Assembly (NCBI GenBank): GCA_963849325.1
Contig: CAWKHF010000009.1
Location: 288,001-352,000, forward strand
DNA from: an uncultured Planctomycetota bacterium
Lineage (GTDB): Bacteria > Planctomycetota > Planctomycetia > Gemmatales > Gemmataceae
Reading direction: 5' to 3'
DNA length: 64,000 bases
Shown: positions 1 to 11,982 of the stretch, piece by piece
Layout: each line of letters opens with the position of its first letter
How positions within the stretch are numbered: the first letter of the stretch is position 1
Notes under the pieces: generated by a model
Seen by the model: the letters and a program-made list of their open reading frames with translations, nothing else
Databases searched by the model: none
What the model was told of the DNA's origin: nothing
Translations under genes and position numbers: made by a program

Positions 1-2
1 TC

Positions 3-365
3 CGCGGCGACGCCGCCGCTCGTGCCGGCGTCTCGATGAAGGGCGGCACGCTCCTTATCGGCGGCAGCTGCGGTTACATGGCCGGCTTCATGATGCAGAA
101 GGGACGCATCATCATCTGCGGCGACGCCGGCGACGCCCTGGCCGATTCCATGTACGAGGGCGTCGTTTTCGTCGGCGGGCAGATCGCATCGCTGGGCAAC
201 GATACCGTCATCGAGGAGCCGACCGCTGAGGATCGCGCCGGATTGAACGAGTTGCTGGTGACGTACCGCGTGGCGGGTCCAACATCGTTTCGCAAGGTCG
301 TCTCCGGTCGCAAACTGTGGAACTTCGATCGTCGGGAGCTTGAAGTCTGGAAGGCGGCCCTATGA
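3..365 (+). CDS. Glutamate synthase GXGXG-domain protein (GltB3 / N-methylglutamate synthase subunit B-like), 5'-truncated by the window
   Basis: Open from base 3 (RGDAAARAGVSMKGG...GYMAGFMMQKGRIIICGDAGDALADSMYEG); repeated Gly-rich beta-helix turns; an FMN-domain partner lies downstream. Confidence 0.85.
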   Translation, partial: RGDAAARAGVSMKGGTLLIGGSCGYMAGFMMQKGRIIICGDAGDALADSMYEGVVFVGGQIASLGNDTVIEEPTAEDRAGLNELLVTYRVAGPTSFRKVVSGRKLWNFDRRELEVWKAAL

Positions 366-694
366 ATCCACTCACGATCGGCAAGAGTTATTTCTTGCGC
401 CTACCGGATAGCCGCATGCTTGGTCGAGTGAAGATACTGCGGATGGAGGATGACTGGGCGGAAGGACGTTTTCAGGCGGACGAAGCCTTCACCGACCTGC
501 GTCCTCTTTTTGAAGAGGAGGCCCAGCTGCGTAACGACCAAATTATCCCTCTCTGGGAGGAGGCAGCGGATCGAATTGAGTCTCTTCGTATCCAGGTAGT
601 GGCGGAGGACGGGACCGTGCATCCTCGTCTGCGGATTTTTCTCGAAGGAGATGAAGCGTCGCTGGCCTTGCCGTTAGCGCCGTCTGACGGTTGA
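362..694 (+). CDS. Hypothetical protein (110 aa)
   Basis: ATGA overlap with the upstream stop; plausible globular sequence; no recognised motif. Confidence 0.6.
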   Translation: MNPLTIGKSYFLRLPDSRMLGRVKILRMEDDWAEGRFQADEAFTDLRPLFEEEAQLRNDQIIPLWEEAADRIESLRIQVVAEDGTVHPRLRIFLEGDEASLALPLAPSDG

Positions 695-720
695 TCCACA
701 AGACAAAGAAGGTGAAGGCA

Positions 721-1155
721 ATGGAGATTTCAACGATGGGAAAAGTGCTTGTGTCGGCGAAGATCGAGAACTTCAACGACTTGTACGATGTAAGCACTGG
801 CCGACTTCAACCCGAAAACGTTCGCCGCATCGAGGTGGCGGATGCCCTGGTCGATACCGGCTCCATGCACCTCATGCTGCCCCGACGCTTTGTGCAGCAA
901 CTGGGACTGCAGCGGTATCGAACGCGCAGGGCAAGAACCACGGGAGGGATGACCGACATCCCCATGTGCGGCATGGTCCAGTTAACGGTGCAGGGACGCG
1001 ATTGCCGCATGGAGGTGGGGGAGATCCCTGATGAATGTCCCGTCTTGATCGGTCAGATGCCCTTGGAATCTCTCGATTTCGTCGTTGATCCCATCCATCA
1101 ACGGCTCATCGGCAACCCCGAACACGGCGGCGAACACATGATCGAATGGTACTGA
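721..1155 (+). CDS. Clan AA (retropepsin-like) aspartyl protease
   Basis: ALVDTGS catalytic motif and C-terminal VLIGQMPLE motif. Confidence 0.85.
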   Translation: MEISTMGKVLVSAKIENFNDLYDVSTGRLQPENVRRIEVADALVDTGSMHLMLPRRFVQQLGLQRYRTRRARTTGGMTDIPMCGMVQLTVQGRDCRMEVGEIPDECPVLIGQMPLESLDFVVDPIHQRLIGNPEHGGEHMIEWY

Positions 1156-1186
1156 TCCCTTTGTTGCTGCGCTCGTGACCCTCCCT

Positions 1187-2543
1187 ATGAATCCAACTCC
1201 GAACGATAACGGCCGGCCGCAGCCCAGCGGCACGTACACGCCGGGCATCATCGAGGACATCCAGGCCAAGGCCGAGCTGGGCCGCTATCGCATCCGCGGC
1301 TTCGGCACGCTGCGGCCGCGCACCTGGGCCACCTTCGACGACCTGACCTTCATCCCCTGCCGGCCTGACCCGCATTCCCCTGGAAGGCTACCGCGAACAG
1401 TGCTCGACGCGCACCGTCCTCGGCACGCGCTACGCGGCCCGACCCATCGAACTCGACATCCCCGTCATGATTACGGGCATGAGCTTCGGCGCCCTGTCGT
1501 ACAACGCCAAGGTGGCGCTGGCCCGCGGCGCCCGCGCGGCCGGCAGCTCGACGACGACCGGCGACGGCGGCATGTTGCCCGCCGAGCGCGAGAATGCCCG
1601 CGTCCTCATCTACGAAGTGCTGCCCAGCCGCTACGGCATCAACGTCCATCACCTGCGCCAGGCCGACGCCATCGAGCTGACCATCGGCCAGGGAGCCAAG
1701 CCGGGGACCGGCGGTCTGCTGCTCGGCTCCAAGGTGTCGGAGGAGATCGCCAGCATGCGCGACCTGCCGCCGGGCGTCGATCAGCGCAGCCCGTGCCGCC
1801 ATCCCGATTTCCTCGGCCCCGACGACATGGTGCTCAAGATCGAGGAGCTGCGCGAGGCGACCGACTGGCAGGTGCCGATCTTCGTCAAGCTCGGCGCCAG
1901 CCGCGTCTACGACGACGTCAAGCTGGCGGCCAAGTGCGGGGCGGACGTGGTGGTAATCGACGGCATGGAAGGCGGCACCGGCGCCTCGCCGGACTTGCTG
2001 CAAGAGCATACCGGCATCCCCACGCTGGCGGCCGTGTGCGAGGCCCGCGCCGCCCTGGAGGAGATGGGACTGTTCGGCGAGGTCAACCTGATCATCGCCG
2101 GCGGCATCCGCCACGGCAGCGACGCCGCCAAGGCCATCGCCCTCGGCGCCGATGCCGTCTACGTCGGCACCGCTGCTCTGATCGCGCTGAACTGCAACAA
2201 GCCGCTCTACGTCGAGGATTATCACGCCCTCGGCGCCGCGCCGTATGCCTGCCACCACTGCCACACCGGCCGCTGCCCGGTCGGCATCACCACGCAGGAC
2301 CCCGAGTTGGTGAAGCGGCTGGAGATCGACGCCGCGGCGGAGCGCGTGGCCAACTGGCTGCATGCCACGACTTCCGAGATCCAGATTCTCGCTCGGGCCT
2401 GCGGCAAGCGCGACGTGCACGACCTGGAGCCGGAAGACCTGCGGGCACTGACGCTGGAGGCGTCGCTCATCACGGGCCTGCCGCTGGCGGGGACCAACAT
2501 GGTCTTCGGCGGCGGGCCGGGATGGAAGCGGGAGAGGATCTAA
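1187..2543 (+). CDS. FMN-binding glutamate synthase family protein (GltB2 / MgsC-like); one frameshift near 1363
   Basis: MSFGALS, GQGAKPGTGG, DGMEGGTGA and CHHCHTGRCPVGITTQDPEL [3Fe-4S] motif; the N-terminus (GRYRIRGFG...FDDLTF) is in another frame. Confidence 0.9.
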
Positions 2544-2560
2544 ATAGTTCCACCGAAATC

Positions 2561-2627
2561 CTCGTTTAGCCGCGACGCGAGCGGAGCGCGGGATATCGCG
2601 CTCCGCTACGCGTCGCGGCGAAACGAG
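2561..2627. repeat. REP-like palindrome, family A (GTTTAGCCGCGACGCG...CGCGTCGCGGCGAAAC)
   Basis: Near-perfect inverted repeat; related copies at 13148-13177, 30337-30362 and 32276-32358. Confidence 0.85.
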
Positions 2628-2647
2628 TTGAGAGTCTGTTCCGAAAG

Positions 2648-2757
2648 CCCCTCCCCCGGTACTCCGGGGAGAGGGGTTGGGGTGAGGGGGTGCGTGTTCT
2701 GCGGGTTTCTCGCCCCTCACCCCCAACCCCTCTCCCCTGAGTACAGGGGAGAGGGGA
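2648..2757. repeat. REP-like palindromic element (CCCCTCACCCCCAACCCCTCTCCCC type)
   Basis: Nested inverted repeats between convergent genes. Confidence 0.8.
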
Positions 2758-2774
2758 GCTTATGGAACAGACTC

Positions 2775-3893
2775 TTATTGCGGCTGCAGCTGCTCCGCCT
2801 CGGTGCTCAGACGAAGGAGTCGTTGGCACGCCCCACAGTGGACGGGTTGATCCGATAAGCTCGGCACCTCGGCGGTGTGCTGACAAGCAGGGCAGGTGTA
2901 CTGATAGCCGCCTGGCTTCGGTTTGCCGAGGATTCGGGCGAAGACGCCGGTCTTCGACGCGCTCCTCGGCGTGGGCTTGACCAGGATCGGAGCGGGATCG
3001 ACACCCTCCAGGGCGATGACGTGGACATGGCCATCGCTGCTTCCCAGGGCGATCTCGTTCCCCGAGGGGGCGAGGTCGCCGCACATCACGGGAATGTTGC
3101 CCGCCAACTCCGCCAGCACCTCGAAGTCGGGCAGCGACCACCACACCATCCATCCGTCGGCGTTGACGGTGACGACCGAACGACCGTCGTGCAGACAGAA
3201 GCAGCAGCGGACCTCGGCGTTCAGTCGCAGCGAACGCACTTCGGCCCGCTGGCGCAGGTCCCATAGTTTGATGGCTCCGTCCTGTCCACCCGAGACCGCC
3301 CCGTTTCCATCGGGAGTGAGGTCCGCGGCAGTGACGCGGCCTTGATGACCGCTTAACCGCGCCTCCTCGCGGCCGGACTCCCTGTCCCATAGGCGCAGGG
3401 TGCCGTCGTGCGACCAGGAGAGCAGCTGTTTGCCGTCGCGCGTCCAGCGGCAGCCAGACACGATGTCCGAATGACCGACCAGCGTTCGACCATCGCGTTC
3501 ATCGCCGACCTTGCGGAGCATCAACTTGCGGTCCCACGACGCCGTCACCAGCGAGCGGCCGTCCGGCGCGTACTGGATGGCCGAGATCGGACGAATGTGA
3601 GCGATGAAGTTCATGCGTGGTCGATGCGTGACCGCGTCCCACCAGCTCATCACGCCATCCATGGAGGCCGACAGCCAGGTCGTGCCGTCCGGCGACAGGG
3701 CGCAGCAGGACAGGGGCTTGGCCGCGGCCTGAAGGGACGATACCGGCTGGGCGTTGCCGGACAGCCACAGTCGCAGACAGCCGTCCCAGCCCGCCGAGAG
3801 CACGAAGGCGCCGTCGCCGCTGTAGACGCACGAATACACCTCGCCGCCATGTCCTTCCCCCGTCCCGGCACCGTGCACGCGCATCGTCCGCAT
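2775..3893 (-). CDS. WD40-repeat beta-propeller protein with C-terminal zinc ribbon
   Basis: About seven GH...WD-type repeats; C-terminal CPAC...CGAC. Confidence 0.9.
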   Translation of the reverse strand: MRTMRVHGAGTGEGHGGEVYSCVYSGDGAFVLSAGWDGCLRLWLSGNAQPVSSLQAAAKPLSCCALSPDGTTWLSASMDGVMSWWDAVTHRPRMNFIAHIRPISAIQYAPDGRSLVTASWDRKLMLRKVGDERDGRTLVGHSDIVSGCRWTRDGKQLLSWSHDGTLRLWDRESGREEARLSGHQGRVTAADLTPDGNGAVSGGQDGAIKLWDLRQRAEVRSLRLNAEVRCCFCLHDGRSVVTVNADGWMVWWSLPDFEVLAELAGNIPVMCGDLAPSGNEIALGSSDGHVHVIALEGVDPAPILVKPTPRSASKTGVFARILGKPKPGGYQYTCPACQHTAEVPSLSDQPVHCGACQRLLRLSTEAEQLQPQ

Positions 3894-4112
3894 AATTCTT
3901 CTCCCTGTCTCCCTCCCATCCGACGCCGCTTGGGCCGGATCGAGGAGGTCCCGTCCATGACAAACATAGCTTGTACTTCACCGTCGTGACGGACGGCGGA
4001 CGGAATCCTTCAAGTTTGGGCGGCCGTAAACCGCCTTGACAGGAACGCGCCATTTGACTATCGGTCCGCCCTCCCGTGCGCGATTGTGTACTCCCGACGC
4101 CAGGGACCAAAC

Positions 4113-6469
4113 ATGCAGGCGAGGCAACGCTTTCTTCCATCCCTGACTCGCTGCGCCGCCGTGATCCTCGGCCTCGTTCTTGCTGGCTGGGTCGCTCGGG
4201 CCCAAGGTCCCTCTCCGTCGGGCAAGATCCTCGTCAGCGACGTAATCATCCAGGGCAACCAGCGCATGACGACGGAGCAGGTGAAAGTGCGGCTGCGCAC
4301 GCAGGCCGGCAAAGAGTACAACGCGGCGGCCGTGGATGACGATGTCCGCGATCTGTACAAGACGAACCAGTTTAGCAATATCCGTACGCTCGTGCAGGAC
4401 GATGGACCCGGCCAGAAGAAGGTCTTTTTCATCCTGCTCGACCTGCCGAACCAGGTGCAGAAAGTCACCTTTCAGGGCGCCAAGCACATCAAGGAGGAGG
4501 ATCTGCGCAACGTCACCGGCATCCGCCCCGGCATGCCGCTCAACCCCAATCTCAATCGCCAAGGCTGCCGCAAGATCGAGGAGAAATACGAAGAGCAGGG
4601 ACGGTGGTTCGCCCATTGCGACCTGGCCAAGGGCGACAAGTTGGGGGATACCGAGGTGATCTATGACATCACCGAAGGCCCCAAGGTCAAGGTCCGCAGC
4701 ATCCAATTCACCGGCAACACCTTCGTCAGCGGACAGCGCCTGGCCACCAAGGTCAAGTCATCGTCGGAGTGGTTCCACCTGTTCGGCGGCACCTACAACC
4801 GTGAGATGGCCGAGGCGGACGCCATCGAACTGATCAAGTATTACCGCGCCTTCGGCTTCCAGGACGTCAAGGTGGGGTTGGAGAAGGAGCGGTCGTCCGA
4901 CGGCTGTGAAGTCACCCTGATTTTCCATATCCAGGAAGGACTCCAATACCGCATCCAGGACGTGCCACAGGTCAGCGGTACCAAGAGCATCCCTCACGAG
5001 CAGCTGGAAGCGCTGTCAACGATCAAAGCCGGCGACTGGCTCGAAGAGGCCAAGATCAAGGGCGACGCGGAGCGCATCAAGAACTACTACGGTTACATGG
5101 GCCAAGACGTCCGCGTCGAACCGATCCCGGTCTGGTCCAAGGACACCCCCGGCGTCTGCACGGTGCAGTACCAGGTGGAGGAGTTTCCCGTCGCTCGGGT
5201 CGGCCAGATCTTCATCATCGGCAACACGCGAACGCGGCAGAACGTCATCCTCCGCCAGGTGCCGCTCTTCCCCGGACAGATCCTCACCTATCCCGACCTG
5301 ATGGTGGCCGAGAACAACCTCAAACGGCTGGGCATCTTCACGAGCGGACAGGATGGGGCTCCGCCGTCGGTGACGGTGATGCCCAATCAGGAGGACAGCG
5401 TTTTCAAGGACATCCGCGTCGATGTCAACGAGGCCAACACCGGCAGCCTGATTTTCGGCGTCGGCGTCAACTCCAACAGTGGTCTGACCGGCAGTATCGT
5501 GCTCAACGAGCGCAACTTCGACATCATGAACCCGCCGACCAGCTTGCAGGACTTCTTCAACGGTACGGCCTGGCGCGGGGCCGGACAGGAGTTCCGCATC
5601 CAGGCCATGCCCGGCACGCAGCTGCAACAATACATGGCCACCTTCCGCGAGCCGTTTCTGTTCGACACGCCCTACAACATGACGGACAGTCTCTATTACT
5701 TCACACGCATTTACAACGAGTACACTGAGCAGCGCGAAGGCGGTCGCATCACCCTCGGCCGGCAAATCAACCGCTTCTGGAACGTCTCGCTGGGCACGCG
5801 CATCGAGAACGTGGCCGTCAACGGCCTGGCGACAGGGGAACCCATCGATTATGTGGAGGCGGAAGGCAACAATTTCCAGATCGGTTTCCGGGCGCCGTGG
5901 GTTTCGACAGCCGCGATTCGTTCATCCGGCCGACGACGGGCAGGCAGGTCGAGTTCTCGTGGGAGCAGATGACCGGCGAGCACAACTTTCCGCTGGCCAA
6001 TCTGCTGCTGAATCAGTTCTTCACGACCTTTAAGCGGGCCGACGGCAGCGGCCGGCAGGTGCTGGTTGCTCGCAGCCAGGCCGGCTGGGCGGGCACGACC
6101 ACGCCGGTTTACGAACGCTTCTTCGCTGGCGGCTTCACGACCATCCGCGGCTTCCAGTTCCGCGGCGTCGGTCCCAACGTCAATGGCTACATGATCGGCG
6201 GCGACTTCATGCTGCTCAACAGCCTCGAATACCAGGTGCCCGTGAAAGCGGACGATTCGATCTACCTGGTCAGCTTCGTGGACAGCGGCACGGTGTCCCC
6301 GCGCATCAACGAATTCGATACCTACCGTGTCACGGCCGGCTTCGGTATCCGCTTCTCCATCCCTATGCTGGGACCGGTGCCGATCGCCCTCGACTTCGGT
6401 TTCCCGCTCGTCAAGGCGCCGTCGGACATCACGCAGGTTTTCAACTTCTGGATGGGCATGTCGCGCTGA
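4113..6469 (+). CDS. bamA: Outer-membrane protein assembly factor BamA/Omp85 family; frameshift near 5895
   Basis: Signal peptide, POTRA repeats (GNTRTRQNVILRQ), barrel with ERFFAGGFTTIRGF (VRGF/Y motif), aromatic C-terminal strand. Confidence 0.9.
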
Positions 6470-6528
6470 GCCGCTTGCGGCTTAGCGATCTTTCCCGCGA
6501 AGACGCAAGCGGCGAAGACGTTTCCCCA

Positions 6529-6906
6529 TCAATCGCGGGGAAAAGGCATGATCTGGCGTCCGGGATAAACCTGGACCCAGGGGTAGGGCATCCCGTTGAG
6601 GAAATAGCCGCCGTTGCCCATGTTCATGACGCGCGGACGGAAGTAACCGGAATAGGTCACACCGTAGTATTGCCACACCTGGTAGGCGGAGGGACGATAG
6701 TACACCGGCGGCAGGGGGAGCGACCGCGGATGGATTCCCAGGGCCGGCAGCGGCGGCAACGGCTGATCGGCCAGCGGCATCAGAAGCGGCGGCGCGGCGC
6801 TTTCGGAAGGCAGCACACGCGGCGGCGGCAAGGTCTGCGCATGGCCATCGACGTGGGCGCAGATGAGTGCGATGAGCGAAGCGAACGGAATCATCCCCCT
6901 ACGCAT
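6529..6906 (-). CDS. Secreted Pro/Tyr-rich hypothetical protein
   Basis: Signal-peptide-like N-terminus, Pro-rich linker, YRPSAYQVWQYYGV...FRPRV segment. Confidence 0.6.
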   Translation of the reverse strand: MRRGMIPFASLIALICAHVDGHAQTLPPPRVLPSESAAPPLLMPLADQPLPPLPALGIHPRSLPLPPVYYRPSAYQVWQYYGVTYSGYFRPRVMNMGNGGYFLNGMPYPWVQVYPGRQIMPFPRD

Positions 6907-7065
6907 GCAGAGTCCTCCCCGGTTTGTGGCATCAAGTAGTGGCGATCGTTCGGCTGGATGGTTCCCCATTCTCGCATGGCGGACAAAGCGTGCCAGTCTT
7001 TCCGGTCATCGAACGGGAAAAAAATCGGCGCCGGCGCGTTGGGACCGGCATACTCGGCCTGACCG

Positions 7066-7101
7066 GAAAGAAAAACCGCTCCCGGGAGGACCAGGGAGCG
7101 G
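7066..7101 (-). terminator. Intrinsic terminator downstream of the Gly/Tyr-rich gene
   Basis: Minus strand: CCGCTCCC-loop-GGGAGCGG followed by TTTTTCTTT. Confidence 0.65.
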
Positions 7102-7129
7102 CTCGTGAAATCCGGCGTCCGCGAGAGCC

Positions 7130-8029
7130 TCAGTGAGCGTTGGCCTTCTTCGGCTCGGCTTTCGTGAACACGGTACGATCGCGGGCGAAGGAAGTGCGCC
7201 GGGCCGTCTCGCCATAAGCGGGGAAGGCCCACTTGGTCGCCGGCTTCGGCAGAGACACCGCTCGGCCTTCGAGGGGGACCGTTCGCTGCGGCGTGTCGGC
7301 CGAGGGGGCCGGCGTGGCCTTGGGATCGGAGGCCGGATTCTTCGGCCCTCCATCGTAGGGATAGGTGCCGTTGTCGCGCGGCATCTGCGGGGCGATCTCG
7401 CGGTTGTTCGGCTGGACGTAGCCGCCAAAGGCCGGGGTTATGACGGTCGTCGCCGGTGCGGCCAGCGTGTAGACGCCGCCGCTCACGCCGGAGCAGCCAT
7501 AAAAGCCGCCGTAACCAAAGCCGGGGTAGTAACCCCCGTAGCCATAGCCGCCGTAGCCGATGCCGAAACCGGGATAGTAACCGCCCAACCCGTACCCCAG
7601 CCCGCCGTAGCCGAGTCCATAGCCCAGCCCGCCAAGTCCATAACCGAGACCGAGGCCATAACCTAGCCCCAGGCCATAGCCGTAGTAGGGGCGATAGAAA
7701 CCGCGATAGCCCAATCCGCCCCAGCCGAGACCCCGGTAGCCGCCAAAGCCGCCGAAACCTCGGTAGCCGCCCCAACCGAAGCCTCGATAGCCACCGAAAC
7801 CGCCGAAGCCTCGATAGCCACCGAAACCGCCGAAGCCTCGATAGCCACCGAAACCACCATGATGCCAGGTGCGAATCGTGTCGGCCCCGCGTGCGTCATC
7901 GACCAGGTTTTGCGTCGGTGTGTTCTCGACGCGGTTCAAGAGGACCGTGTCTCCAGCGGGCGACGGCACAGCCCAGATGAGCATACCCGAAGCCGCGAGA
8001 AAACCGGCGGGAAGCCATCTGCTCTTCAT
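7130..8029 (-). CDS. Secreted Gly/Tyr/Phe-rich low-complexity repeat protein
   Basis: AAGGAGG SD, signal peptide, (GGFGGYRGF)n then GYGLG and YYPGFG repeats, Pro-rich C-terminus; 27-nt tandem DNA repeats around 7775-7858. Confidence 0.8.
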   Translation of the reverse strand: MKSRWLPAGFLAASGMLIWAVPSPAGDTVLLNRVENTPTQNLVDDARGADTIRTWHHGGFGGYRGFGGFGGYRGFGGFGGYRGFGWGGYRGFGGFGGYRGLGWGGLGYRGFYRPYYGYGLGLGYGLGLGYGLGGLGYGLGYGGLGYGLGGYYPGFGIGYGGYGYGGYYPGFGYGGFYGCSGVSGGVYTLAAPATTVITPAFGGYVQPNNREIAPQMPRDNGTYPYDGGPKNPASDPKATPAPSADTPQRTVPLEGRAVSLPKPATKWAFPAYGETARRTSFARDRTVFTKAEPKKANAH

Positions 8030-8123
8030 GGTCTTGTCCTCCTTCAAAGAATCGATCTGCGATCGCCCTTGTTCAATTTACCTTCGGCTGCGGCTCGTTC
8101 CACGAACGTATCCGTCCTTAGTT

Positions 8124-8153
8124 ATTCTAGGCCCCTTCGTGGAAGGACGTCAA
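8124..8153 (-). promoter_or_regulatory. Putative sigma70-type promoter
   Basis: TTGACG-N18-TAGAAT on the minus strand, about 95 nt upstream of the 8029 start. Confidence 0.5.
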
Positions 8154-8207
8154 TCCTCGACTCTGTTGGCCATCCGGTGGGGGGGGTGCGTGGATTCTGG
8201 TAGTCGT

Positions 8208-8329
8208 CCTCGTTGCCAAGCTCTGCTTGGGAACGCACGTCGGGAAGCTCTGCTTCCCGTCCGGACCAGGGCAGGCCGCGAAGCAGAGCTTCCCAACGGG
8301 TGTTCCCAAGCAGAGCTTGGGAACAAGGG
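8208..8329. repeat. REP-like palindrome (CCCAAGCAGAGCTTGGGAAC family)
   Basis: Four nested AAGCTCTGCTT/AAGCAGAGCTT arms. Confidence 0.85.
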
Positions 8330-8403
8330 GCTACGGCCTACCCGCAAAACTACCAGAAACGATTCACGCACCCATCCGGTGCAGCGTTCGCTTCCTTCCG
8401 AAC

Positions 8404-8712
8404 TCATGGCTTCTGGTTCTTCTTTTTCTTCTTCTTCGGCACCGACGAGGCCGGCTCCGATGCTCGCAGCCGGTCCAGCGCCGTCTTCAGCCGCTCGCGG
8501 GCGGCCCTCCTCTCCAGGTCGGTCGAGCCCGGCGCCGCCAGGATCTGCTTGAACGGCGCGTCCTTCATGTCGAACAGCTCACCAGCCTGAGTGTACTTCC
8601 ACCGCGGATCGCGGATGTACCACTTGTCCGCCAGCTGCACATAGATCCACTCTCGCGGTTGTCCCTTCTCGCCGCGGAGTTGAGGGGCGAAGCTGTGACC
8701 GTCGATAACACC
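8404..8712 (-). pseudogene. C-terminal remnant of an arylsulfatase-like gene
   Basis: IDGHSFAPQLRGEKGQPREWIY...WKY...GELFDMKDAPF resembles sulfatase C-termini; no catalytic N-terminal part upstream. Confidence 0.6.
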
Positions 8713-8808
8713 GAAGATAAGGATAAGTTCTGGATCGTCCGGCCAAACCGCTACAAAGGGAGATGAGCGGAGACGGTGCGCGCCGACAATGCGCACCGCA
8801 AAGGTATA

Positions 8809-9289
8809 CTATATCACCGGCGTGGCACCCTCAGAGGAAGTTCCTGGGGCGGCGCTCGGCTTGCGGCGATCCAGCAGCATCTGAACACCGCCCAGCACCA
8901 GGCCCATAATGCACCCGACACCTGCCCCGACAGTCAGCCCGAGCGGCGGCAGATGCTGCACGTCCTCCTTCACGTCCGCACGCGGCAGGCGATCGCTCGC
9001 CACCCCGGTCCCAACGATCCAGCCGAGCGGGGCCACGATCGCCACGCCGAGCAGAGCGACCGAGGCCAGCCCCAGAGGGCGCACCAGCCGGGGCTGGCGG
9101 GCACAGACCCCCGTGACACCGCACCCTACTGCGCGCCCCCACGAAACCACCCAGAAACACCAGCGGCATGCTGGCTTCGAGGGGGACCCGAAATGGGGGA
9201 TCGTTGTGTGTCAGCATCCCCACGCAGAGGCCAGCACCTGCCCCCGCCAGGAGGAAGATGATCGGGCCGAGCCGCGTGGCACGATCCAT
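8809..9289 (-). CDS. Small multi-pass membrane protein, probable gene-cassette ORF (frameshift near 9140)
   Basis: Four hydrophobic Gly-rich segments across two frames; AGGAGG SD directly after the attC R' box. Confidence 0.6.
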
Positions 9290-9302
9290 TTGCCCCTCCT
9301 TC

Positions 9303-9398
9303 GCCGAACACCAAGCTCAGCAGGAGGGCTTCCAAGAAAGACGTAGCACCTCGAAAAACCAGAATGGCCGCCCGCTCTGCTGCAGCGAATGGTTCGGC
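9303..9398 (-). mobile_element. Integron attC recombination site
   Basis: Minus strand GCCGAAC-cattc-GCTGCAGCAG...CTGCTGAGC-ttggt-GTTCGGC: complementary R''/R' boxes, L boxes with one extrahelical base, 96 nt, 12 nt after a stop codon and 13 nt before the next ATG. Confidence 0.8.
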
Positions 9399-9410
9399 GG
9401 CCTCCAAACC

Positions 9411-10118
9411 TTACGTTTTGCCTGTCTTTCGCTTGCGGTTCCACCAACGAAACAAAAGTAGCAGGAGTATCCCGATAATGCACACCCCGACAATCCGCCC
9501 CATCAATTCTGAGATATTCAGCGCCCTCCCATAATCCGTGTCCGGTGTGGATTGTCTCTGACCTTCGGAACGTGCCGGCGCTTGTGCGTCCTCCGGGCCA
9601 GCATTCTTGGCTTCTTGTTCGGGAGGAACCGTAAACTCAAAACCTTGCATCAGCTTCTCAAACTGTGGGTCGTCCTCGACCGGCTCTTTCGCACCTATAA
9701 GACTCAGATTGTAGCTGAGGCCATGAGCCTTGAAAACCCGAGTTGCTGTCGTTCTTCCATCTGCCAGGATACCTTCCGCCTGGTAGCTTGGCAAACCTCG
9801 GAACGTGACGAACCGGCCTGCCCGTTTCTCGATCTGACCTGGACTGTAAAAGGATTTCTCAAACTCTTTGACGAACTGCTCGTTTATTTGCGCGGTGACG
9901 GGCACACTCACCGTTGTCAGATTGATGACAAAGCCTTTTGTATTCCCTGCCACGAAGAGTATATTCGGTGCCTGCATATCGATCCAAGTCCAGTCCGGTA
10001 CCGGTAGTGTAAAGCGGCACTTCTGAGCGGGGAACACTCGCATGGGTTCCTCGGCGGCCCTGAGTCTCGTGGGCGATCCTAATAGTCCGAGAAGACCGAG
10101 AAGCAAACATAAACGCAT
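9411..10118 (-). CDS. Exported membrane-anchored hypothetical protein (gene-cassette ORF, lower GC)
   Basis: Signal peptide, soluble domain, C-terminal TM helix with basic tail; flanked by an R'-like GCTCGGC (10131-10137) and the attC. Confidence 0.7.
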   Translation of the reverse strand: MRLCLLLGLLGLLGSPTRLRAAEEPMRVFPAQKCRFTLPVPDWTWIDMQAPNILFVAGNTKGFVINLTTVSVPVTAQINEQFVKEFEKSFYSPGQIEKRAGRFVTFRGLPSYQAEGILADGRTTATRVFKAHGLSYNLSLIGAKEPVEDDPQFEKLMQGFEFTVPPEQEAKNAGPEDAQAPARSEGQRQSTPDTDYGRALNISELMGRIVGVCIIGILLLLLFRWWNRKRKTGKT

Positions 10119-10294
10119 TGAGTCATCTCCGCCGAGCAACGGATTCGATCGCGCACAACGCGATCGAGCACGGTGAGCTGCGCAGCCTATCACTTTCGTT
10201 GCACAACCTAACACGCCTCTCATCTACGCACAACCTTGAGCAGCCATCAAGGAAAAAACCGACCCATCTTTGGGGTGTTTTCCCCGTTTGCCCT

Positions 10295-11982
<1,688 letters not shown>

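Noticed and set aside
7740-7860. 27-nt direct repeats as a CRISPR array
   Set aside because: The repeats are contiguous with no spacers, are in frame and encode GGFGGYRGF; no cas genes are present.
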